In this document: one piece after another, positions 39,439-52,645 of the stretch
How positions within the stretch are numbered: position 1 is the first letter of the stretch
Layout: each line of letters opens with the position of its first letter
DNA from: Adineta vaga
Taxonomy: Eukaryota; Animalia; Rotifera
Length of the DNA stretch: 64,000 bases
Assembly: GCA_021613535.1 (NCBI GenBank)
Contig: CP075494.1
Coordinates: forward strand, 15,872,001 to 15,936,000
Direction: 5' to 3'
The notes under the pieces: model-generated
Databases searched by the model: none
What the model was told of the DNA's origin: nothing
Seen by the model: the letters and a program-made list of their open reading frames with translations, nothing else
Translations under genes and position numbers: made by a program

Positions 39439-39844
39439 CAGAGATGGGCAAGTCAGAGGTTTCTACAAGTCAAGTCACTGACACAAAAACCTAAGTCAAG
39501 TCGAGTCAAGTCGCAATGCTTCCCAAGTCAAGTCAAGTCAAGTCGCAATACTTCCTAAGTCAAGTGGTTTTTGGCCTAATTGTGACATAATTCAGGTCGA
39601 AAAGTAGCTACGAAATCTTACTAAGCTGGCAGTTATGCATAATTTATCTAACAGATGAATGACAGACATAATTAGATCGGTTTTCCGTGGTTGACTTGTA
39701 ATTTGACCTACAGGGGAAAGCCCAAGTCCAGTCAAGTCAAGTCAATAGCTTCCAACAAATATCTCAAGTCAAGTCAAGTCAAGTCAGACTTGGACTTGAC
39801 TTGACTTGTTTCAAGTCAAAAATGACTTGACTTGCCCATCTCTG
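39439..39844. mobile_element. hAT-type MITE with internal (AAGTC)n arrays
   Basis: Perfect 17-bp TIR CAGAGATGGGCAAGTCA; perfect 8-bp TSD GTATATGG (39431-38 and 39845-52). Confidence 0.95.
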
Positions 39845-40208
39845 GTATATGGTCCTGAACAGATTCATTCACAAATTTAATATTGAATTAACCAATACGA
39901 TTCGCGTTTCTATGAAAAAAGATCAATCATCTTTGTTAGTTTAGTGTTAAGTTTTCAGTCTGTTTGACCCCTGTATGAACATTTTGACAACGATATCGTT
40001 CAGTTGAAAGAACAAAGCTTGCGCGTATCTCTTTTCGTCCACATTTCAAGAAGAAATTTAAACTAATTAATGAACGGGTGTGTCAGGTATGAAATTCTTT
40101 TTCTATTTTAGATTTAAATATTCATATTCTTTCCTCTGCTTCGCACTTATTTGATATTATATATATTGTTCCGTTAAATTAGCAAATTTGGGATTTGTTT
40201 TTATCGAG

Positions 40209-41532
40209 ATGTCTGATTTACACTCATCGGTAAGAAAAATAATTTTCTTCTGATTTTTTTCGTGTTAATTTAGTTTAGTTAGAGAGTAAAAAATTTTTAT
40301 CAATTCAATATAATATTAAAGTCACTGGTTGATATTCCTTGTAGGAAATGTTTTGAAATTTAATAGAACAAAGAATTTTATCGTTTCTTTGAAAATTCGA
40401 TTGCTTTTGTACTGTTCACTCGTTTTCATTGAGTTTTGACGAATGAACTTGTGTAATTATTTCTTTATTTTAGACTAGTTCGGATGAACAGTTATTCGTT
40501 CTCAATCAGCTAAATAAAGTGCTGAAATTTGTGCCAAATGAAAGAACATTTTATAATTCTCAAATCAAGCTATTAGATCGAACATATACTTACATTTATG
40601 ACAGATCCAAATGTCAAATTGAATTACCAGAAATTCCACGTGAAAATATAATAATATCATCTTTATTAAGCATTCGTCAATTAATTGTCAGGATTGGTGT
40701 TTTTTATGAGAATGATTCCACTATTCAATTATTTTTTGGCAGTGGTTTATTATGAAATAACAAACTTGTTTTAACATGTGCGCACAATTTCGATGCTATT
40801 GAATGTGAAAATAAAATCATTCGTTATAGCAAAATTTTCATATGTTCTTTAGATCCAGCAAATGAAAGATTATTTTCCGTGTTTAATCCTAGTGATGATT
40901 TAATTGAAGCAAAAATAATTCGTCGTGGTTTAATACAAGAAAATATGTCGGATTATGATGAAACAAAATCCAATACAACTGATCTTGCTATTCTTGCGTT
41001 AGATAAACCAATGAAAGATTTATCATTAAATGAATGTTTTGATCCACAGTTTACTTCATTTTTATCCAATTCAAATCATATTCGAATTAATTCCAAATTG
41101 TTTCTGATTAGTTACAATGGAGAATTAACTGACAACGACGACTTAAATCCTTATAAATATGAGAAAGGTTTCGAAAATGTAACGATTGATAAATTAAACT
41201 TTTATCATAACGTTAACCACAAATCAGTTTCTATTGGACGTCTTATACAAGAATCATCTTCATATGATCCGTATGCCATGCATAGTTGTAGTACATTAAG
41301 AGGAGCAAGTGGAGGTGTCTTATTGGATTCAACTGGAAGATTTGCTGGTATACATGTTGGAGTAGCTAATTCAAGAAAACGAAAACAAAATGAGTTTTTC
41401 TTTAATAAAGATACATTTAACAAGTTTATACCAGTCACTTCAACAGCATTTCAAGAATTTATTAATCAATCAATTATACAAAATATTGATAATGATGAAT
41501 TAGCACAAAAATGGCGATGTGATACTAAATAA
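40209..41532 (+). pseudogene. Trypsin-like (V8/Trypsin_2-type) serine peptidase with a single in-frame TGA at 40753-55; intron 40230-40473
   Basis: GSGLL*NNKLVLTCAHN (His), DLAILAL (Asp), HSCSTLRGASGG (Ser), GIHVG; the frame is otherwise continuous from 40474 to 41532. Confidence 0.8.
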
Positions 41533-41751
41533 AGCATGTTCTTTTGCATTTCTTTTTATTGATATCATCTTGTTACATATTATATATTTGTCCTTTACTT
41601 ACTGTTCATACTTATTTTAGATCATTATTTACAACTGCTGTTTCATCTGATATTATTAGATCAAATATCGATAAATTTTATTGCAACGAAACGTATTTAA
41701 TTTAATGTTTATTTTTTAGTTCACTATTGCCGTTTCTTTCTGAAAGTAATT

Positions 41752-42065
41752 GCTGACATATCTCGTTACAGATCATTTGTATGTTTATTTATATAATACT
41801 TTATTTTCCATCAATGATATTGGGTTTTCTATATATAACTGGTTTATCGAGAAATATTGGATCAGATTTTTACTTAACAGATTTGTATTTATCTTATTTT
41901 GTTGGTTTACTTATTCCGTATTTTTGTTTAATTTCATTAGCAAAACTTCGAAGAAAATTTCAAGGATGTTTAAGAATTTATCATCAAAAACCAAATCGTA
42001 TTGTTCCACAAATGATTACGATGAATCGTTTAAATGCAAATAGAATTATTCAAATGAAACAATAA
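41752..42065 (+). pseudogene. C-terminal fragment (last two TMs and tail) of a 7TM receptor
   Basis: FIYIILYFPSMIL..YLSYFVGLLIPYFCLISLAKLRRKF..NRIVP; no upstream TMs found. Confidence 0.45.
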
Positions 42066-42378
42066 TAATCTTAATTATTCTTATTTCAAATATGATATCA
42101 AAGAATCGACTTATCAGCAGATGCATTTGATATAATATTCGCATCATTGTCTTAGAAAGATTTTCAATAAAAAATATTCGTTGTGACTCATGGATATTCA
42201 TGTCAAATCTTTTCGTAAAGGATTAACTTTTGTCATACAGAAAATGTGATTATCGATAATGTTTTATTGATTCAGGTGTGAGACAAAGATGGTTGAAAAA
42301 AAAATAATAAAAACATTAGAATAATAAATCAATCTATAACCATAATAATAATAAATCTTTTTATATTACAATGAAAAT

Positions 42379-42723
42379 TTAAGAAATGACACAACATGAT
42401 AAATTTGGTTTAGGAAGTTTTTTTCGATGATAATGAAGTTTTTTTGGTTTATAATATTGATTTAAATTTCGTTGATTAAGATCAGATCTTGGAGGAATTT
42501 TGGGTGTGGGAATATCAAAACGTTTTGGAACAATTGGAGGCGGAGGAAGTGATGGTGGTGCATCATATCCATCGACACGTGGTGGAGGGATCGGTGGAGC
42601 GTGACGTTTATGTGACTTTCGAATGGGTGGGGGAGAAGGTGGTGGAGGTGCTGTACCAATTGGAATGTCGATTAAACGAAATGGTAAATCTTCAGCTTCA
42701 ATAAAACGTGTATCGTTACCCAT
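42379..42723 (-). CDS. Small proline-rich protein with polybasic tail and CAAX box
   Basis: 114-aa ATG-initiated ORF; several PPxPPR motifs; ends KKLPKPNLSCCVIS*; AATAAA-type signals downstream on the minus strand. Confidence 0.7.
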   Translation of the reverse strand: MGNDTRFIEAEDLPFRLIDIPIGTAPPPPSPPPIRKSHKRHAPPIPPPRVDGYDAPPSLPPPPIVPKRFDIPTPKIPPRSDLNQRNLNQYYKPKKLHYHRKKLPKPNLSCCVIS

Positions 42724-44764
42724 TTTGTTAATAAAATAAAATAATTGTTTCGTCTTTTCTTTTTCAATAGTTTATGAAAAATTCCAACACGTTTCAATTG
42801 ATAAGATTCGATCACGTTTCTTTATCATTCCTGTTTGATTGAAGACCTACTCATTATTTATATACATATATACACTCTTATTCATCATTTTCTATTCTTC
42901 TTTTCTTTTTCGTTCTTTCTTTTTATCAACATCAATTATCAGATGTTTTTTCTTCACTCTGTTTTTCAATGATGTTTTTTACTCATCAAATATAATTGAG
43001 TTTTGATTTTGAAGAAAAATGTTATGATATCTTTATTTAGAATAATTTCATAACAATCTGTACATATATAATTACATATCATAAACTGTTCTATATTACT
43101 AATATCGTCTAGTTAAAAATTTACTGCTAGATCAAGGTTGAACATATAAGCTATGCTTTAATAATGAAATCCAGTAAACATACGTTAGACATGGTAAAGA
43201 AAAAGAAATGAAATATGTTTACGGTTATCATATACACAGTAAAACGACAGCAAACATGAAAGAGTAAACTTATAAAGTTAACATAAATCTTTTGAAAAAA
43301 TAACTATATAACAGCATTTTGAAAGTAAGAGTATTGATTATCATAGTATTCATTTAGCACATTGCGTGCTAGTCGCTTATCTTTTCTATTCTCTAATAGT
43401 GGTTGGTCACACGTTTATGTTTGTTGTTGCTATGTCAATCAAATTAATGATCAATTATTATCATCTTGAGTTTGAATATCATTTTGAAGTTAGAGTTAAG
43501 ATAAATTTAATAAAAATATGCGATGTTGAATATGAAAATCATTTAAATGAACACAAATTAAAGCACTTAAAAATCGATGTGATATTGAAACTGGATTCGG
43601 TGAATATTGATATGATAATAAAAGTGGTTTATATGGAGTTAACTTCTTGGTTATCCAATAGTTCGTGAAACATGTTGGTTATTTGATCATTTAGGAAATG
43701 TAGATTATAAAGGTAGTTCAATTCCGATAATTAATCTTTATCTGATTGGAAAGAAAAAAAAACGGAGACAACTTTTGGAGTTAAAGATTAAGTGCAGAAA
43801 ATTTCAATGCGGATAATTCACAAGGCTATATTAATGTTTCTGGTTATTGTCCAGTTGAATATGGATTTTAAAAACAACTGATATTAACACATCTTTCTTC
43901 GTGAAATAAAGAATCAAATGATTACAGTATTGCTAAGAATTCTACATAAATATCTATTCGAAACGAGGGACTACGCTAACAATAAGCTTTTTCAAAGTTA
44001 TTGACAGTTTAGTTGAAGACAATGTTGAATAATATCACCAGTACATTACGTTTTGCAGCGATAACCACTATGACTTTAGATTCTTGTCATAATTGATTGT
44101 ATAATATATGGTACAAGTAGTTCAGACATCTTTGTACTATGTAAGAACTATCAGTTGTAAAAAATTGGTTCGTTCTCATATAAATATATTCTCTGACTAT
44201 TAACTTCAAAAGACGGTTTTTTCCGTAGATTTCAACGACATGAATTAGTCATTGAAAAATTCTTTCTTTTGACGTGGAACTATTGGTAATTGTATTGTCT
44301 CATCATCTAGTATCTATAATCTCGAATTGCTCTCTTTCCTTCTGAATAACCTCATCAAGAAATCAAGATATGTGTTTATTTGATCTTTTAACCTTGATAT
44401 TCTTGAATAGCAGATGGGTTCAAAGTTCATACCAATAGGATAAACGGATATACACATCAATTGTTAAGATGTTTGATTTTATTCAAAAAATCAGACAGGA
44501 AAATAAAAGAATTTTTTTTTGGTTTTGAGAGCAATAGAGAATCGAACTAATTTTTTTTGCATACCTAACGATCGCAACTACTTCAGTATTTATCAGATCA
44601 AAATAAGTCGATTATCTTATTAATTTGTTTAATATTAATTATCCCTTATTTTCTATGTTAATTTCAATGACGAAAGGTGTTCGTTCAAAACACGAATATT
44701 TCAATGAATATTTAACAAAAGAAAGAAATGAATTAAGTATAGTCAGAGAAAAAGTGAAGGAACC

Positions 44765-44838
44765 ATCTTGAGGGTGTGGGTGTGGGGTGAACACTAGCCA
44801 ATCATCTACACCCTCATCTACATCGATACCATCAAAAT
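44765..44838. repeat. TGTGGG-type hairpin element (copy D) inserted in coding sequence
   Basis: atcttgagggtgtgggtgtgggg...catctacaccctcatctacatcgataccatcaaaat. Confidence 0.6.
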
Positions 44839-44999
44839 TTCGAAGTTGAAGAAGAATTTTATTACACGAATCGAATTAACGATTTTTATACTACTCAAAA
44901 GATCAAGACAAATTAAATCAATTTATTAAAGCATTCCAAGAACAGTTAAATTTATCGAATCTTCATGTGGATATTTTAGAGTTACATTCCTTAATCAAA

Positions 45000-45086
45000 A
45001 CCAAATCCTGTCAAATCCAAATCTTGTCGAATCCGTCAAATCCGATTCTAGAACCGAATTTGGATTTGACTGGATTTGGATTTGGT
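45000..45086. repeat. Palindromic mini-element built from CAAATC/GATTTG units
   Basis: accaaatcc..gtcaaatccaaat ... atttggatttgac..ggatttggt. Confidence 0.75.
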
Positions 45087-46324
45087 CCAACTGTTGGACC
45101 AATTAAAGAACTTATATGGTGATGTGGCGAAGGAATATTGGTCATGTAAAGAAAGTCATCAAATGAAAAATCTTTTGATAATGTCTAGTTATAAAAAGGA
45201 ATTAAACATTAATTCATTAAAAATCCGAATACACGATGGATTTTTGCAATACATTAATAATATTGAAGGAGATGTCGATGTTAAACTTGGTGATGATATT
45301 GAAGGTCGATTATTTGATTTTATTAATGATCAATTATCTGATGTTAAAGGTCCATTATCTAGTCAATTTCAAGATCAAATAATTGGTGTTGAAGTACGAT
45401 TATTAAACTTCTTTTACCTGATACAAATCAAGATGAATCAACTGGTGGTAAAATTCTTTTACCTGATGCTAGAAACATTCAGGAAGCCAGTATTGTTCAA
45501 GGAATTGAACATATCAATGAAACAAATGACGTAGTTCAAACACGTTTACATTGTCCTGCGTGTGAAGGTGAAATTCAACGTCCACAAGTACATGTAAATG
45601 AATTCAATACACAACAAGAACAATATATATTCTGTGATAACTGTGAACAGGTTATAGCATTCGATAATTAAATTTTATTTTGTTATTTTATATATTTTTG
45701 ATTTGCACAACAAAATAAAAAATACGAAGAATTCATATATATTCTTGTTTTTTCAAAATTAATATTTGGTTAAAAAGAATATCAAGAGGGAAAACAGTGG
45801 ATGCCTGAGATCCCTGAAAGTATAATAAAAATCTGGAAAATCCTGGAAGTATGAAATCCGTTGTTTCCTCCTTGGAATTGACAATCATATTGATTATGAA
45901 ATGTTCAGTTATCTTGACGCTAACAACTGTAACAATTAAATTCATGATATGTCTCTTCGTGACAATGATAGAAATACGTGATAGAGAGTTGTCCATCCAT
46001 GAAGATTGAGTTTTTTTCTTTGAATAATTTTAAGGGAAAAATTATCGTTTTTAAATTATCTAACAATAGCTACAATGAGATGTGCAATTTCAATCTAATA
46101 AAATATTACGATGTTTAAAGAAGCGAAAGTTCATATATAAAGGAATATCTTGTTGTAAATCCTATTCGTTTTTAATTTCTAACATGGCTTTTTATTTGAA
46201 AAAAAGAAACATGTTTTGTTTACATATAAAGCTCAACTTTTATTTTTAATCAATGAGAAAAAACAACACTTCTATTTCCTTTTTTGTCCTTTAATAAACA
46301 AATATACAAAGTCTTTCGTTTGTT

Positions 46325-49300
46325 TTATTCCATTAAATCACCATTGTCATTTAGATCATCATCATCGTGAGTACGTGGTGAAGAAATTGATGAAGATATT
46401 GTCGATGAGGCTGGAGATTGTGGAGAATATTGAGGTGATGTTGGACTATAACGTGGTGAACCTATATTTGGACTATAGATTGGAGATGTTGGACTGTAAC
46501 GTGGTGATGATTGTGATGGAGAATATGTTGGTGATGTTGGACTATATTGAGGAGATGTTGGGCTGTATTGAGGTGATGTTGGTGATAATGATGATGTATA
46601 ACCAGATTGACCGCCTGATGGTTTATAAACTGATGAACTTGGTGAATATTGAGGAGATGTTGGTGAATATGTTGGAGATGTTGGAGAATAAGTTGGTGAT
46701 GTTGGTGAATATGTAGGTGAAGCACTACTACCACCATGTCCGCTTGGTGAATAAGTTGGAGATGTAGGAGAATATGTTGGTGATGTTGGTGAATATGATG
46801 GTGTTGATGGACCTGATGGAGATTGTGGTGAATATGTTGGAGATGTTGGACTATAAGATGGACTTGTTGGAGCTACAAGAAAAGGAAAAGATGTAAAAAT
46901 CATATAGAATTAAAAAGAAAGATATACTATATGAAGGACTTGATGGTGAATAGGATGGACTTTGTGGTGAATATTTTGACGTAGGAGAATATTTTGGTGA
47001 TGGACCAGTATTTGAATAACCAGGTGATGATGGTGAATAACGTGGACTTGATGGTGAATAACCGGGTGATGATGGTGAATATCCTGGACTTGTTGGAGAA
47101 TATGATGGTGATGAGGGAGAATAACTTGGACTAAAAAAAAACAGAAGAATTCAATTAAAAGAATGATTCCCTCTTCATATTTGTTTACCTTGTTGGACTA
47201 TATTTAGGTGATGTTCGATAAGCTTGATTATTCAATGCTGGACTATTTGCTGAATATGTTGGTGATGTTGGTGAATAAGAACGATTTGGTGAATATGATG
47301 GTGATGTTGGACTATAAGAAGGACTTGTTGGTGAATAGAATGGAGATGTTGAACCTTGTTTTCCACCACTACCAGAATATGTTGGACTTGTTGGACTATA
47401 ATGAGGAGATTTTGAACCATAGAAATCATTAGATGAATATCTTGGTGAAGTCGGAGAATACGATGGTGAATTTGGTGAATACGATGGTGATGTTGTTGCA
47501 TAATTTCCAGGTGATTGTGGATGATAATTTCCTGGTGATGATGGTGATTGAAGATTTGTATATGGTGATGGTGACATATTTCCAGGTGATGATGGATATC
47601 CAGGTGAATAAGCAGGTGAAAATCCAATTGTATCTGTTGTTGATGATGGTGAAAATCCACCATGTCCCATTGGTGTCATTTGTGCAGGTGTTGAACCCCA
47701 ATGTGATGGTGTTGTTGATATTGAACTAATCCAAGGTGTTTCAATACCTTGTCGATCACGTTGTTCAAATTCTTTCCTTGCTTCACCACTCATTAAAGAA
47801 AATTGTTCTTGTCCAAAATTCATTGGTAATTCCATAGCTGATGCACATTTTTCTACATCTAATAATAATTCAAATGATCCCGTACCAATCTTTGCTAATT
47901 GTCCAAGAAGAATATTTTCTGAAACACCTTTCAATGGATCTGTTTCAGAATGTGCAGCAGCTTCCATTAAAACATCAACAGTTTCTTCAAAAGAACATCG
48001 CATAATTGGTCCAACATCTTGTCTATTAATACCATGTCTTGTAATAGCCATTAAATGTCCTTTTGTTGTCATAACATCACATAATAAAGCTAAATGACGA
48101 TAATTAACATAAGAACCATCAAATGAAATAACATGATTCATTTCTCTTTCAATTGCTTTTCTTACAGCTTCAATACCAAGTACATCAAAGATTTCTACAA
48201 CATCATTTGTAAATGTTCGACGTGAATCAACATCTTTTGTTGCTAAAACTTTCTTTAAAGCTGTACCATCAGTTTCTAACATCCAATCAGCAATTCTTTC
48301 AATTTCACCATTTTCATTAATTTGAATTCTTTTCTTCGAATCATCAGCTTTTGAATTAGCCATATAAACTTTAGAAATAGCTTCAATACCTTGTAAAGTT
48401 AAATCTGAAAGCATTGATGATTCTAAACAACGTAAAAATGTATCATCGTCCATTCGTGTTGTATCTTCTGATTCTTCTGTTGATGAAGATTTTGTTTGAT
48501 CAACTGTTCTGATACGTAGAATAAGTTTTTCTGCATTATCATCATTGAAAATAACATTTAGACAATCACCGAAACCTTGAGAAATCTTTTCAGAAATTTG
48601 TTCCATTGTTAATGTTTTATCTGTCATTCTTTTACGATCTAATTCAATTCGTAATAACCATTGTGAAATATTTGATATATCTTGATCAGGCATTTCATAG
48701 TAAGTATTAACCCATTCTTGATCTTCTGAAATAACTGTTTCTTGTGGGTCAGGATCATAATAAATCGCTGTATTTGCTGTGACTTTTCTTAATGTACAAT
48801 GTTCAAGGCGACATAAAACTTGTTTACATTTTTCTGCATCAATTGTTGCCTGTCCAGTTAAATATACAGTTAATGATGGTGTTTTAGGTTTTTTCGAAAC
48901 ATTAATAATTTCTTTAAGACGTGGAACACCAAGTGTAACATTTTTAGCTGAAACACCAGCATAATGAAATGTATTCAATGTCATTTGTGTTGCTGGTTCA
49001 CCAAGAGATTGTGCAGCTAATGCACCAACCATTTCACCAGCTTGAACTTGTGCTTGTTGAAAACGTGTTTCAATTTCTCCACAAAGCCAATGAAATGCTT
49101 CATCTGTTAAACGATGATTTTCTAAAACTTGTCTTGATGATAATGATGAACGTAATAAAATATTCATTAACATTGTTGCATTATTTTGTGCTTCATGAGA
49201 TAAACGATCATCACCTTTAACAATAATTAAACGTTGTGTCAATTTTTGTAAACCTTGAATAACTTGCATTGGTGATAAATTTGTTTGTGTTCGATTTGAA

Positions 49301-52300
49301 ATATGAAATGTTTTCTTTGCATTATAAATTAATCGTTCTAAATTACAAGGTAAAACAATTTTCGATGCATCACCTGTTGGAAAAATTTGTCGAACATTAA
49401 AACGATCTTCATTTAATTGTTTCCATTCATCTTCTAATGCTTGTAAAGATTCATTTGAATATAAATCACGAATAACATCATCAGTTAAATATTTTCTTAA
49501 AGATTTTTCACCTGATGATAAATCAAATTTACATAAATTTTCAAATAAATGATTTGATGGTTTTAATGAAATAATCGATTGAAATTCAACATTTTCACCA
49601 GCTAAACCATCTTCACCATAGGTAAATTGAATTAATTGTTCAATTTGATTTCGTACAGTTCCATCATATTTAATCATAACAGATTCCATAGCTTTAATTA
49701 ATCGCCGTTGAATATAACCTGTTTCAGCTGTTTTAACAGCTGTATCAATTAAACCTTCACGACCACCCATTGCATGAAAATAGAATTCAACAGGTGTTAA
49801 ACCTTGTAAATAAGAATTTTCAACGAAACCTTTTGCTTCTGGTCCATAATCATCTTTAATAAAATGTGGTAATGTTCGATGTTTAAAACCAAATGGAATA
49901 CGTTTTCCTTCGACGTTCTGTTGACCAACACAAGCAATAACTTGTGAAATATTAATTGATGAACCTTTCGCACCACTGACGACCATAGCTTTAAATTGAT
50001 TAAAATCTGATAAAGATTTTTGTGCTGATGAACCTGTATTATCACGTGCACTATTTAATAACCCATTGACCATATTTTCAAATGTTTGTCGAAGAGAATT
50101 ACCAGGTGATGGTTCTAATGAATCACGATGTGCACGTTCAATAACTTTATGTACTTCATTTTTAGCTTTTTTTATTGTTGATTGAATTGTTTCATATGTT
50201 TGTTGATCAGCAATTGTATCAGCAATACCAATTGAATGACCTTCTAACATTAACCAATTATTAACAACAAGTTGAATATGAAAATATAATTTTCCGGCTG
50301 TTTCATGACCACATTCCATGAAAACAATATGTGCTAATGAACCAGCTGATGTTCCTAATGTTCTTTTACATAAAATACCAGATAATAAACGACCATTTTC
50401 GACTAATACTTTTGTATCACCTGGTGAAATCCATTTAAATGGTCCAGCATCTTCATCATCAGGATGTTGACCATGTGTACGAACACAATTAACTTCTTTT
50501 GGTAAAATTAATGAAAATAATTGTTTACCAGTCCATAATGGTTTAGGTTTAAGAATAGCTGCTTGTGGTATATGTCCATCCCATGATGGTAAAAACATTA
50601 ATAAATTCATGAAATCAGCTTTTTCAATAAATACATCACGACGTGTCATTTTTCTAACAGCTGTTAATGTATCTTGTACAATACCCATAACAGGACGATT
50701 CGATTGTGGTGTAATAATTAAACGTGGTACCATCATTAATTGTGATAATTCAGCTTTTGCTTCGACAGATTGTGGTAAATGTAAATTCATTTCATCACCA
50801 TCAAAATCAGCATTATATGGTGATGTTACACTTAAATTTAAACGAAATGTTGACCATGGTAAAATTTTAACACGATGTGCCATCATAGACATTTTATGTA
50901 ATGTTGGTTGACGATTAAATACAACTAAATCATCATCCATCATATGTCGTTCAACAATATAACCACATTGTAAATGTAAATCAGATGGTTTAGGATGAAA
51001 ACGAAGATCAATACGATCACCTGTATCCCAAATAATATATTTAGCAGCATTACGACGTATTAATTCTTGTAACCATTCAATATTAAATGGTGTAACTATT
51101 TCAGGTACAGTTAAATTTTGTGCAATGGAACGTGGTACACCAACTTGATCAATAGCTAAATTTGGATCAGGTGTAATAACTGTTCGACCACTAAAATCGA
51201 CACGTTTACCCATTAAATTGCCGCGAATACGTCCTTCTTTTCCTTTCAAACGTGCTTTAATTGATTTCAATGGTCTGCCACTTTTATGACATGATTGTGG
51301 CATTCCAGGCATATCATTATCAATTAATGTTGCACAATGATATTGAAGTAATTGTAAATGTTCATCACTAATATGTGATGCTGTTCCACGTTGTTCATCT
51401 TCACGTAATGTTCGATTTGCTTTTAATATATTCGCTAAATTATATGTTAAATCATCTTGACTACGTGCTGTACCAAAGACTAATACCGATGGACGAACAC
51501 ACATCGGTGGAACAGGTAAAACAGTAATAATCATCCAATCGGGTCTTGCATGACGTGGATCCATTCCAAGTATATGACAAATTTGATCGGGAATGGATTT
51601 AAATATTGCTAAGACACGTTCAGCTTTTAATTTCATTTTTCTTTCTTGATTTTCATCTGGTGCTTCTTTCCATTCAACATATAAATCTAAACCAGATCGA
51701 CGATATTTAGGTTGAACACGACCACAACCACCGGTATATTTCATTGTTACTTCATTTGTTGAATCACTTTCACTTCCTTAAAAAAAGAAGAGAAAAAGAT
51801 GAATTTCTTCTTTTATAAAAAAAAATATTTTCAACGAACCTTTACAAGTCTTTTGTCCTTTACAAACATCAAAAATAAAAGCTAAACGTCGTCTATATTG
51901 TCCTTTGGTTTTTTTCAAAATATCAACAATTTTTGGATCATTTGGATCAACAAGTAATTTCGAACAATGATAACAAACACAACGTAAGATTTTTAGAGTT
52001 TTTGCAAGAAAAGCAACATGATAAACGGGTTTTGTTACTAAAGACAAAGAAAGTATTTTTTTATTAAGAGAAATATTTCTCTCACATTCAATATGACCGA
52101 AATGTCCTGGACAATCAATATATGAACCAGCACATGTTTTACATTTCGAATTTCGATCAGGTGGTCCTTGACGTGGATCCATCAGACCACGTTCTTTAGG
52201 TTTTCCTCCTTCCATTAATTCTGGATGTTCTATTGGAGGATTTGTAACTGACATACGTTTTATTTCATCAGGTGATAATATACCGAATTGTACACGACGT

Positions 52301-52353
52301 ACATTTCGATATGGTGCTATTGAGTCAGCGATTTGTGAGTTGAAGTAAACCAT
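46325..52353 (-). CDS. rpb1: RNA polymerase II largest subunit; exons 52353-52086, 52037-51840, 51776-47189, 47130-46928, 46872-46325
   Basis: [43 protein letters not shown] active site, [16 protein letters not shown] heptad CTD; four GT-AG introns in phase. Confidence 0.99.
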
Positions 52354-52483
52354 CCTACTTCGACTACAACCAAACAGGAATGACAAAATTACATTGCAAC
52401 ATCACTATTTATACACAATGTACTGAAGAAACAAACAACAAATTTCTATTCGTTGATTCCTTTAACGAACTACAATGAAAAAT

Positions 52484-52645
52484 CCAATAGATGTCATCAT
52501 TAACTCGTATCATTTTCTAACAGATATCACTTTTTATTCAATAAATCAATTCTTCATAATATTTAAATTAATAATCTTTTGAAAATTCCTCAATGAAATC
52601 ATTCTTTATGTACAATGAATATTTCGTGAGTAGCGTCATCTATAA
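52484..52645. promoter_or_regulatory. Cluster of three CTCF-like motifs upstream of RPB1
   Basis: ccaatagatgtcatc (52484), ctaacagatatcact (52517), gtagcgtcatctataa (52630, inverted). Confidence 0.3.

Larger units (their letters stand above)
44667..45671 (+). pseudogene. Decayed gene with C-terminal zinc ribbon, interrupted by two hairpin elements
   Basis: MTKGVRSKHEYFNEYL start; inserts at 44765 and 45000; ends ARLHCPACEGEIQ..FCDNCEQVIAFDN*; frameshifts in between. Confidence 0.5.

Noticed and set aside
21382-40755. Alternative genetic code (TGA as sense) suggested by two in-frame TGAs
   Set aside because: Long conserved genes such as RPB1 and mei-P26 have no internal TGA and use TGG for Trp; isolated nonsense changes or errors are more parsimonious.
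43366-44200. Possible decayed F-box/LRR gene
   Set aside because: Too degenerate to reconstruct a frame by eye.
46216-47729. His/Gln-rich and Met/Val-rich ORFs overlapping the RPB1 3' end
   Set aside because: Alternative-frame and antisense shadows of the heptad repeat.
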